Of a stretch of 64,000 nt of DNA, positions 27,778 through 39,535 are shown piece after piece. Numbering within the stretch: position 1 is the stretch's first letter; the number at the start of each line of letters is the position of its first letter. The translations under genes and the position numbers were made by a program. The notes beneath the pieces are model-generated. The model ran no database searches and was not told where the DNA came from. It saw only the letters and a list, made by a program, of their open reading frames with translations. Source of the DNA: Girardia tigrina (lineage: Eukaryota); NCBI GenBank assembly GCA_001938485.1, contig MQRK01244667.1, positions 68,150 to 132,149 of the forward strand, read 5' to 3'.

Positions 27778-30700
27778 ATGCTTTTTTGTTATTCACGTTG
27801 TTGTTTAAATGCAAAAGTATGCGCGTTGTAAATCGTGAAAAGTTTAAAAATTGTGAATATAAATAAACTTTAGAAAGATCTTTCTGTTGAGTATATAGTA
27901 ATTGTTGCGCTCGTTGTGACTCCCCAACAAAATACAAATCTAATCATGCAACAATCAATTCATCAACCAATCTTTTCAACTAGAAACGCAAACCCAAATT
28001 CGAATAATATCTTGAATCAAAGAAAAAAACACTTTTTTGTAATATTAATTAATAAAAAACTTTTTCTATTTTTCTATATTCAATTTTTCATCTGTGTTTT
28101 TTCCAGGAAAGTCTTTTCAATATTTATTGTTCAATTGACTATTTTAATGTAACGAGTTTGTTTTATTATACCAAATAAATTATTTTCGTCGGAATTTTTT
28201 TTAAAACGCCGAATTTTTAAATCTTATTCAACCAGTATGGCGTTTTTCTTACTCACGGCGTTTCCAGACGACCAGCGATTATTACCAAATTATTTAAGTG
28301 AACATCACCTTAATAGCAATATATAGTATCTAATAAAAATTATTTTATAAAATTTTGCTTTAATTAATTAGAGTAAAATAGAATTATTTACTCTTGTTTT
28401 AGTAAATATAAATTATATATAAACAATTAAATTAAAAATAAATAAAAGATAAATAATTACAGGGTTTCCCACCCCAATTTGACATCGTTTCATTAATTTT
28501 TGACATTGTGTCAATAATTTTTGACATTGATTCACTAATTTTTGACATTGATTAATTAATTTTTGACATTTCTAAATTGTTTTATAATTTTACTATAATT
28601 TAATATTATTTTTAATGGATTATGTCTCGAAAGAATTCCACGGTTTCTAACGCAGATCGCGAAAGAATCATTGCTTGCTATGAAAACCAAAAAGAGATTG
28701 CTGAAATCTCTTCAACCTTAAATATCAAACGAACAACAGTGTATCAAGTTATATCAACAATCAAGACGTGTAAACGCAATCAAAAGAGGATCTCCTTCTA
28801 GAAAAAAGTTGGGTGATAATGAAATTAATGCTGTTAGAAGTTGGATTGATGTTGATAGTACGCTTTCACTTAATCAAATTGCTGTACGGATAAATGAAGA
28901 TTTCGGTGTTTCAGTATCTAAATCCACAGTTGGGAGATTGATCGAGTCTTTTAATTATTCATTAAAAAGACTTCAGCTTATTCCTGAACGCCGAAACGCA
29001 GAAAATACAATCCAAATAAGGAGAGAATATGCGCTTGAGTTTTGTTCATTACCTGCGATTTTTTCAGGAGGAAATTATTTTCTTAGATGAAGTAGGTTTT
29101 AGCGTGTCTTCGAGATCTTCACGTGGTCGTTCCTTGAAGGGAACACCAGCGGTAGCTATTGTTCCTGCTATACGAACTCGAAATATTTCAATTTGCTGCG
29201 CAATGAACAGAAACGGAATACTATTTTATAAAACAAGCACGCGCGCATTCAATGGGGAAATATTTATCGAGTTTTTAAAGGAACTTAAAGACAAAATACT
29301 CGAAGAAAGGTTGAAACATATTGTTTTGATCATGGACAATGTGCGCTTTCACCATATGAATGAAGTTAAGGCTCTGCTCGATAGTTTTAATTATAGGATT
29401 TTATACCTCCCTCCTTGTTCGCCTTTCAGTAAATATTGTAATAACATTAGAAAAATAGTCATTTCAAACAAATGAGCCTTTGATTTTACACTAGTATTTT
29501 TAACAAATAACAATTAAAATACAATTAATCACTATACGAAAATAAATATATTACCATTTAAATTATTATTTTAAAGTTAATAAAATCAATGAAAATTATT
29601 TTTATATAATGGATAAGCTTATTCAATTTTACTACAGATGCAAAAAATGTTTTTGATTTTGATAAAACATTTGGCATTGTCATATCGCTTTGAAAGTTGT
29701 AGAGATATCAGACATTGAAATTAGATTATGTTTAAAGTTTCAGTTCAGTAACTGTAAGAAATCGGGATTTACAGTGTGAAGATGCCCAGAAACAGACAAT
29801 ATTACAAGTAGAAAAGAGGTCTACATGGTGGTGTTAGTATGGTAGGATTAAAAGTAACAGAAACTACCACAATACTAAGAGTTTCAACAAGTTCTATCTC
29901 ACAAATGACTGCGTTGGTAAGAGTAAGAAGAACCCATTTGCAAAGAATAGTTCTGATCGAAAGTCGAAGTTGAGAGGCCGTTGGATTTTAAACAGAATCA
30001 CTAGAGAATATCACAAGGACACTGTTCTTAAAATCGATGTAGAACTTACTAAACACTTACAGAACCTAGTTTCTAAAAGCACTGTTCGTCGGAGATGCAC
30101 AAATCTGGATTCGATGGAAGATCTAAAATTAGAAAACCTATGCACTGAAAGAAAAATGTTTCAAAGCTTTTAAAGTGGTGTAGAAACCTGTAGAATAGGT
30201 TCCTTAAGCAATGAAGAAATGTAGTGCTCTCTGATAAATCATCATTTCACCTATTTGCAACCTCCGGCGAGGATAAATTTTTAAACACCGAAAGACGCAT
30301 TTCATCCAGCCTGCCTTCCCTCAACCATTTAACGCGACGAGAGTTCTGTGATAATATATATGCAGTTTTTTGAAAATCCATAGGGCTAATAATTTTCCCT
30401 CATGTAAGAATTTTAAATCGAGACTATTTAGAATTTACCGCAACCAAGTTCATCCAATGGTTTGAGAACTGTTCCGGAGGGAAACTTTATCTTTCAAGAT
30501 CGTAATACACTAATTTATACAGTATAAATTGTTAAAGAATAACACGAGGAACATTCTAAGGAAGTCGAGCATCGCATCTGGACACAACAATTCCTAGATA
30601 TCAACATTATTGACTATTTATGGTCGATTTAAGAGATTAAAGTAAGAAGTCGATTTCCACTACCACTGTCTTTTAAGAAAAACCTGAGAATGTTTTAACT

Positions 30701-31011
30701 AAAAAACGGACTGAAATTCCTTTGGAAACAATTCACAATTTGGATCAATCCATGCCTCGGAAGATCAGGGCTGCAATCGTCACAAAAGTTAGGCTTACAC
30801 CATATTGGAATATACTTTGTTTATTTTCAAGGTGTTTCCATTATTTTGTCCAACCCCTGTATGTGTGTATTTGTAATACTTAATCTTGTTAATTTCCAAC
30901 CAAAATTAAAAAACAATTGATAATGTTATTCTTTCTAAATTTAGTTTTGATGGAAAATTATTCCGCATAATTTTGAATACTTACCGTTCAATACGAATTC
31001 CTCGCGTATAA
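27778..31011 (+). CDS. Predicted spliced gene of unknown function; exons 27778-27816, 27874-28038, 28107-28148, 28236-28297, 30945-31005/31011; 3' end uncertain
   Basis: Five consecutive GT-AG-bounded segments join in one open frame; three short introns (57, 68, 87 nt) and one TE-filled intron; no family recognised. Confidence 0.5.
28460..29430 (+). mobile_element. IS630/Tc1-like (DDE_3) element, 3'-truncated and frameshifted
   Basis: Starts TA|CAGGGT, subterminal TTTTGACATT repeats, HTH, FLDEVGF, MDNVRFH, YLPPCSPF. Confidence 0.85.
29632..30859 (+). mobile_element. Decayed Tc1 element
   Basis: SDKSSF, FIFQDRN, WTQQFLDINII and SMPRKIRAAI motifs; end TTTTGTCCAACCCCTG|TA; left end approximate. 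Confidence 0.75.
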
Positions 31012-31129
31012 ATAGCCCTGTAAGAATAATATTGTTTTACATAAGAGGTGGTAAAACACCAAAACAAATCTGTCTTATGCAGTCTGTAAAACATTGAAAA
31101 ATATAATTGTTTTAACCATTTTACATTAC

Positions 31130-32470
31130 AATTTTGAATCTGAATGGACAAAGGATACATACAGCCGCGAATGTCAACGACATGCAAATAGAATGGGTAA
31201 CTGAATTCTACTATTTGGGTTCCCAGATTACCACAAAAGGTACTTGAGAACACGACATCAAGGACAGGATAAAAAAACGGAGAACCAGGCTAAGGGAACT
31301 CGGTCAGGTAATCAAAAGTAATATGCTTACTCTAAGAATCAAAAAGACACTGATTGAAAGCTGTACACTTCCTATCGTATACTATGGCTCGGAGAACCTT
31401 CGTACAAACGAGAGCCTCATCAGAAAACTTAAAGCCCTACATAACTCGTGTATAAGAACAAAACGTAATGTAGATAAGAAAGATCATATCAGAAAAGACT
31501 TAATCAGTATCGGATTAGATCATACAATGAACATCGTTGCCAAGAGACGGCTTCTGTTTCACGTCACCTTAACAACAGGAGAAAGTTAGCTATGTGTGCA
31601 AAGAATTCTGAAAAGCACACTGGAATGAAATAGAAAGATCGCGGGAAGAAGCAAACAGAAACTCGAAAAATGCCTACGGATCGATGCGGAATGGCTGTTC
31701 GAAGACCGCCTTTGTTGACTTTTTTATCAGTCTGTTAGCAGATGGCGCTCAAATCCGTATGCAAGACAGACTAGATCATTTAATCCGCAATAGGAGTATC
31801 GTAGGGAAGACCGAAGATCTTCCGAAATTGATCAAACCGAGAATGAAAATGATCCAATGTCACTACGAGCTTTGCAAGGCCTTTGCAGAACAAAAGGTGC
31901 TCAATAGACATATCAAAATGGATCATGAAACGGCACCGGACAAGCAGAAACCTTATCAACGTCAGTACTGTTCCAGTAGCTATGCATCAATGGGGTGGCT
32001 GACCAGATACTACAAGATCACATGGAAGAAGCAAATCAATCCAATCAAATCCAACAGAAGCATCAAAGGAGAAAAGCAGGTGACTGTTGTGATGGCGATT
32101 TGATCGGTGATACCAGGGAGAAGGATGAAAATCCAACAATTACAAGCAGTATTCAGGTACGGACAATCAATACGAATTTCAACGAATCTCTCGGAAACGA
32201 TCTCTTTAGAAGTGTTAAATTTCCGTTTAACGGATTTATCTGACAAAGGAAATTTCAACTGTCCCTTCGCGGGCTGTTCAAAGTCCACGGGAACGGACTA
32301 AATCATGGAACATCCGAACATGGTTGGTCGTTTTTTACTGGGGGTCCGAAGAGACACCGTAAGCGGAAATCTGACAACCTCGTAGGAGGCCTATCGGGGC
32401 TTTTTAGTTCGGGTGGACACTATAAAGAGCCTACGGCTCAATACCATTGAAAAAGATGGGATGACCATAT
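31130..32470 (+). mobile_element. 5'-truncated RTE-like LINE with C-terminal zinc fingers (subfamily A)
   Basis: RT end EWVTEFYYLGSQI, LPIVYYGSE; C2H2-like fingers; CPFAGC..HGWSFFTG; 3' UTR shared with 38515-38610. Confidence 0.85.
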
Positions 32471-32898
32471 TACAAAAAACGTCCCCATTTTAATTGAATC
32501 TCTTCAACCTTGATTCGCTAGAAGTTTCGTACAATCAACGCTTCAACACTTCCTATCTGTCTATAAATTGCAGTTAATTAATATCACCTTCTGATTCCAA
32601 TCTGGACCGCGATCTATTTAGATTCGATTTTTGTTTCAGATTCAGTGGAAACAATATCCTCTTCAATAAGAAATGAGAACGAGAAGAAAATGTTCGTGCA
32701 CGCGACAATTTATATTAAATGTATTTCAAACATATAATGGTCTTTGAAATCACAACCCTTTTAGGAAAATAAAAACAAGTAACAAAGGCAAATGTGAAAA
32801 ACAAATCTTTCAAACTATACATGGAAAAATATTTTTATTACAGAAATAAGTGTTCAAGAAGTCACGTCAAGACAGCATTAAAAACGCATTGTATTGCA

Positions 32899-35800
32899 CT
32901 ACAAAAGACTGTTTTCCAAAAGTGATGTATTTGATGACTTCTTACGTTGATCAATGGCGTTTTCTTCTTTCTGTTTTAATGATAAAATTTTCTGGATTCC
33001 AATTTTTAGTACTTCGAAATTATACTCGATTATTCCTAAAGTTTGAAATGTAAAATAAACTAAATTAATTTCATTAATTGACATTAAAACGACATCGAAT
33101 AGTTAAACATTAGTCACATTTTCAATCGTTCATTCACTTGATGCAGTTTACGTGCAACAAAACGAAACTTAAAAACTGTTAGGAAGATTGTACAAACTTG
33201 TAGCCGTTGGTTTTCGACAAATTCGAGTCTGGTTTTTATCATTGACTATTGTAATTAAGACGTCCAAAAACGATAACTTTTAGTCTTAAATAATGATTTC
33301 CAATAATGACTACTTTGGAAATGAATAAATAAACTAGTAAATCAAAAATTTTTTTTTCATATATATTCCTTATGCGGGCAGAACTCTACTTGGGACAACA
33401 GATTTTTTTTGTTATCTTTGGTATAAGGGAAAATTACTATTACATTTTTTAAATGTGCAAAGTTTGGAGAAAATTGATTGAGTAAAATGCTTTCAAAAAT
33501 AGGCTTCTAAATTCCATGGATATATATATATATATATATATANNNNNNNNNNNNNNNNNNNNNNNNNNNNNNNNNNNNNNNNNNNNNNNNNNNNNNNNNN
33601 NNNNNNNNNNNNNNNNNNNNNNNNNNNNNNNNNNNNNNNNNNNNNNNNNNNNNNNNNNNNNNNNNNNNNNNNNNNNNNNNNNNNNNNNNNNNNNNNNNNN
33701 NNNNNNNNNNNNNNNNNNNNNNNNNNNNNNNNNNNNNNNNNNNNNNNNNNNNNNNNNNNNNNNNNNNNNNNNNNNNNNNNNNNNNNNNNNNNNNNNNNNN
33801 NNNNNNNNNNNNNNNNNNNNNNNNNNNNNNNNNNNNNNNNNNNNNNNNNNNNNNNNNNNNNNNNNNNNNNNNNNNNNNNNNNNNNNNNNNNNNNNNNNNN
33901 NNNNNNNNNNNNNNNNNNNNNNNNNNNNNNNNNNNNNNNNNNNNNNNNNNNNNNNNNNNNNNNTATATATATATATATTATATTCTGTCAATTAGGACGT
34001 TTTAAAATGATCATTTATTAGTATTTTTCCATTCTTTATATTAGCTTACTTTCTAGGTATGTAAGGAAAACAAAATTCCATCAGTGGTTGCTGTTTACTC
34101 TACTGCACATATATATAGAAAGTAAGCTAATAAAAAAAGAATGAAAAAACGAAAATAAATTTTATTTTATATATAATTATATATATTATATATAACTACT
34201 TATAATTTATAGATAGATCTTTTTCAATTAATACTGTTCAGGAACTTCAATGGGACCGTGTTTTCCCAATTCTGAGACCTTAAGTTTTTTTGATCAAATT
34301 TTCACATTACATTTATTGCAAAGTTTGGAGAAAATTGGTTGATTAAACGGCCTTAAAAAATAGGTTTCTAAATTCCATGGATACATACCTAGAAAGTAAG
34401 CTAATATAAAGAATGGAAAAATACTAATAAATGATCATTTTAAAGCGTCCTAATTGACAGAATCAAAGATAAATATAACTCGACATTATCGAAAACCAGC
34501 TGATACCGCTTTGTACAGTTATCCATTCAGTATTCCAGACCCTAAATATAATCGAAACGTAATTTAATGTTTGGTATATAGAGTCTGGAGCTTAACATCA
34601 ACCTTTGAGTCATTTGAGAATGAAGTCGATGAACTTTATAAAAGTCTTTCAAAAAATAAATTTAATAAAAAATATTTAAATAAAATCATAAAAGAAAATG
34701 TTGAATCAGTTTATTTAAAATAAAAAAAACAATAAGTCAAATAGAATTTCTGGAGATTGCATGTAACAAACAAAAAAGACTATTCATTTCCAATTACCGT
34801 ACTCAAAGAAAGAAAGAAAGGCTTCAAACGATTTTCAGAACATGAATCAATGTTTTCTTAAAATTGACAGTAAACTTTGTAACTAATGAACTTTTCAATA
34901 AATCAAAAACTTCTACATTGGAGAGGTAAGTCACTATATCATTACTAGAATTGGTGAACATGCTCAACAGAGAAGAAGTCAATTAATTTTGAGCCATATT
35001 ACAAAATGCCAGGGTAATCGTAGTAATCATTAAAAGATTTTAAATAATTTTGACAGGAACTATGATAGGGTTGTGGCCTAAGTATTACTAATAAAGCATC
35101 GTGTAAAATTTAAGGAAAACAAAATTCCATCAGTGGTCGCTGTTTACTCTACTGTTATTACGTATCTATCTATCCAAAATTATGAATCCACTGCTATAAA
35201 TTAAAAACATAATAATGAAAAATTCAAACTCTGATCCTCACCTGAACGATCTATTGTTTAACCTTTGTTCGCCATGAGTTGAATTTTGATTATTTTTTAT
35301 CATATCAATCTACTTAATATTTCTTTCCGTTTTTGTGTAATTACGAAGAATATCTATTTGTTAGCTTAGAATTATTTTTTATTTTTTATTATATACAGCG
35401 CATAGATCTGCTATTTAAAACAGACAGTAAAATGGATTTTCTATAATAAAACCATTAGCCTAATTGAGGTCTATTTGTTTTGGTAAATCACAATTTATAA
35501 TTAAATTCAAGATTTAAATTGCAATTTTCAACAAACATTTGAATTTTAAAATACTAATACTGGACTCCGGTTAATTTTGGCTAGCGAACAAATATACTAA
35601 TGCTATACGCTTAATTGGGAAACTTAGCTTAAATGGGCGACTTAGCTCTGGGGACACAAAAAAATCGTTTCAGTATCATTGCTAATAACTCACATAAGTT
35701 AAAACTGCAAAGAAAAAGAGTTGTAAGTGTAAAGTAACGTCGATTTTCATTTTATAATTTAAAAATTGTGATTATAAGAATAGTAAAGACTAAATTTATT

Positions 35801-38800
35801 ATATACAAAATTAACCAGATATTTCTATTTCTTTTCCTATTCTAATAGCTCCTTTGCTGATGCATAATATTCATGCAATTCTGGTATACTTTTTTTAAAC
35901 ATTAAAAAGTTAATTTTAAACATCTGTAAAAAATATCTTTTATTTATCAAAAATTCTACCCTAAAATTCCGCCGATAAGTCATGAAGTTTTTTACACAAT
36001 ATATTTGGCTTATGCACGAGTTCGTCTTTTATGTCAAATCTTTTATTCAAAATAAAATGCTGAGTATTGAGTAAAGCGTTACCAATGAAGAATGAAACAG
36101 AATTGAAGAATATACTTAAACGTCTTTTTCAGAATAAGAGTATTAATCAAAAATTTGAGAAAGTGTTGACATGTCAGGGTTCATAACCAGCTAAGTTATA
36201 TGGAATAACTAAAATACATAAAGCTGGTCATCCACTTCGCCCTGTATTATCAATGATTGAGACTGTACAGGACAATGTCGCAAATGTTCCTGATTCACTA
36301 TTGAGTCCTTTGATTACTAATGAATTTCAGATCAGGGATAGCTTTGAATTCAAAGATTTCATTTTGGATCAGGTCATTAAAGGTAATTCTGAATGTACGG
36401 TCTCATTTTATGTCTAGAGTTTATTTACGAATGTGCCCATCGACGAAACTATCGATTTGTGTGAAATATTATTGGATGATAAGTCTGACTCTGTGAATGA
36501 AGTAATAAACAAAAAGGCAATGAAAGAATTTTAAACATTTTGGCTAAAAATGCACCACTTCTTTTTAAAGACGGTATCGCAATGGGTTTCCCAATAACAC
36601 CAACGTTGACATCAATTTTTATGATATCTCTTGAGGATAAAATTGATACATACTCTGAGGAAAAACCTGCGCTCTACAAGAGATATGTAGATGATATATT
36701 TTTTTGTTTTCAAAAAACAATCCATTATATAACCATTCTTAACATTCTTGAATGGTCTTCTTCTTACTAAAGACTTGTAAGTTAATAAAAACTTCTTTTT
36801 CTTGACATTCTTATCACTAGGATAAATGGGAAAAATCGAACTGAATTATACAAACAGACAACATATACATGTATCTATTCAACACCACAGAGCTTTTTTG
36901 ATGAAAAATATAGAAAGGGCTTAGTCCACAGAGTTTGGAGTTTATCTTCCAATTTCGAAACCACAAATTATGGTTTAAATATTCGTAGGGGACGATTGAG
37001 GGATAAAACAAACAAAAGGATAGATTACAACATTAATGTTACATTAGATAAATTATGTACACAAACACGAGTTAAAAAAGACTAAATAAAGAAAACATTG
37101 AAGAGAACAAACAAATAATCAAAATATCACATTCTGAAGGATTTAAAGCATTTAAGAAGAGTATTTGCAAGAATATAATTAGTTTCAATGATATCCAAAG
37201 TTCAAAGCTTCTTCTCGAATAAATCGAAAACGATTTGTGGATTACAAGGTAATCTGGTTTATAAATTTGATTGTTACGGGTGTAAAAAGTCGTACATTGG
37301 AGAGGGGATATAATGCTGCTCGCCTCCCCGTGGTGTATCCTGGGAACTAGAGAGAGGGGTTATTTCCCTTTCTAGAAATAGATTGGTGAGGTTTCCTTGA
37401 TCTAGGCTAAATGAGTAAGCGGATTGACGGTGCTAGCAACTCTGTCTTTCGATAGTCCAAAGCTATGAAAACTAAAACTAGGGGTCTGGTAGGACCCGAA
37501 GTCATGAAGCTCCCGATAGGGTGATCCCTCATTAAGGATTCCACTTGCAGTGGACTGAAGATTGGAACATGGAACGTAAGAGGCTTAACCGACGAAAAGA
37601 TACTGAACATAATATGTATCTTTGACACACTTAAAGTTGATATGTGTATCCTGACCGAGACGCACTGGATTGGAAACGATATTGCCTCCATAGGGGAATG
37701 GAGAATCCATCATAGTGGCAGTACAAGTGGGACACATGAGAGGTGTTGCCCTGATGGTACGATCAGTTGATTCGAAGGGAGCGGAATTTGAAGCTGTCAA
37801 CGAAAGACTATTCCTGTGCCATATACCCCAAAGGTCACAATCATTGATAAGGGTATATGCACCAACGGACAGTGGATATTCAAGTGAAGAGAAAGAAGAG
37901 TTCTTCGTATCGTTACAAGAACAAGTGGAGAAGGCGACTGTTGAAACTGAGCGCAGAAAATACGAACTGTTAGTTGGAGGCGACTTCAACTGCAGACTTA
38001 ATCGGACGGAAGAGAACAGAGGAAGTATCGGGTGGTACACTAATTCAACAGAAACATCGGAGAATGGTGATCATGTTATTGATCTCACAGAGGCATGTAA
38101 TTTGCGAGTAGAGAACACCTTCTACAAGCACTAACTGCCTTCACTGCCCAAAATAATACAAGTGCGCAGGATGGCTGAAGATCCACTTACAGAAGAATCA
38201 CCGAGAAGAACCAAAGCAATCCAACACACAGAGAGACGACAACTTGATAAGAGAGGAAGAGGAAGAACCAAAAACAATCCAATCGAACCCTCAGTTTCTG
38301 GGCGCAACTGTGGGTATGCCGGGGACCCAGAACGAACAAGACGCTGGAGAAACACACAGAGACTACCGATTACCCGACATGAAGGCGAAAGGTAAATTTC
38401 AGTGTCCATTTCGCGGTTGTTACGTGTCCACCGTAACATCTAAAGGCATGTATGGCCATGGTTGGTGATTCGTCACTGGAAAGCCGACTGCTCAGAGGCG
38501 GAAAACCACTGACACGGTAGGTGGCCTATCGGGGGGCCCTTAAGGACTTTAGTTTGGGTGGACCCTCTAAAGAGCTTTAGGCTCAATACAATTGAAAGAG
38601 ATGGGAGGCTCACATTGGGGAGACATTGGGAGACATCGTCATCTCAAAACACGGATTAGTGAGTATTCACAATCAAGTCAATCGAGTAAGGTTCTTGATT
38701 ATTGGTTACATTGTGAAAATAGAATCTCTTCCATTTCAAAGGATGAGTTTTCTGTTTTACAGAAGGGTTTTCATTCACACTATGAGAGACAGTTTTGTGA

Positions 38801-39504
38801 ATCATTATTAATAAAACACTGACACCCATTAAAATACATTCAAGGTGGACAATGTAAATCCGTTACAAATCTTCAAATTTTTAATGAAAATTTTAAAAAC
38901 ATTTTGCCATTATTATCGAATAATATCTTAAATTAAATAAATAAATTTTCCCTTTTCAAATAACTTTATAAAAAAGTAATTAACAAATATTATTGCTGGT
39001 GATGGAAGAAGAATTTCCGCAACATGTACAATTTCTAAAATTTATATATATACAGGTAGTCGTCGACTTACGACCACGATTGGTTCCGACAGACCGGTCG
39101 TAACACGATTTGATCGTAAGTTGAGTAGGCTATATGTACAGTACTGTGCAACTGGTTTAATATTTGCAAAACATACAAAATTACAAAATACAGGTTTAAA
39201 AAATACAATANNNNNNNNNNNNNNNNNNNNNNNNNNNNNNNNNNNNNNNNNNNNNNNNNNNNNNNNNNNNNNNNNNNNNNNNNNNNNNNNNNNNNNNNNN
39301 NNNNNNNNNNNNNNNNNNNNNNNNNNNNNNNNNNNNNNNNNNNNNNNNNNNNNNNNNNNNNNNNNNNNNNNNNNNNNNNNNNNNNNNNNCATATATGGTA
39401 GTGCTACCGGAACCTGGTATGCACTGTCGTACGCCACGGCTAGCGATTGTGGTCGTAAAGTCGAATGGTCGTAAGTTGCATAGGTCGTAAGTCGACGACT
39501 ACCT

Positions 39505-39535
<31 letters not shown>

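Larger units (their letters stand above)
36050..39035 (+). mobile_element. Penelope-like element (RT + GIY-YIG), pseudogenised and interrupted by a LINE
   Basis: [59 protein letters not shown]|..RHLKTRISE. Confidence 0.9.
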
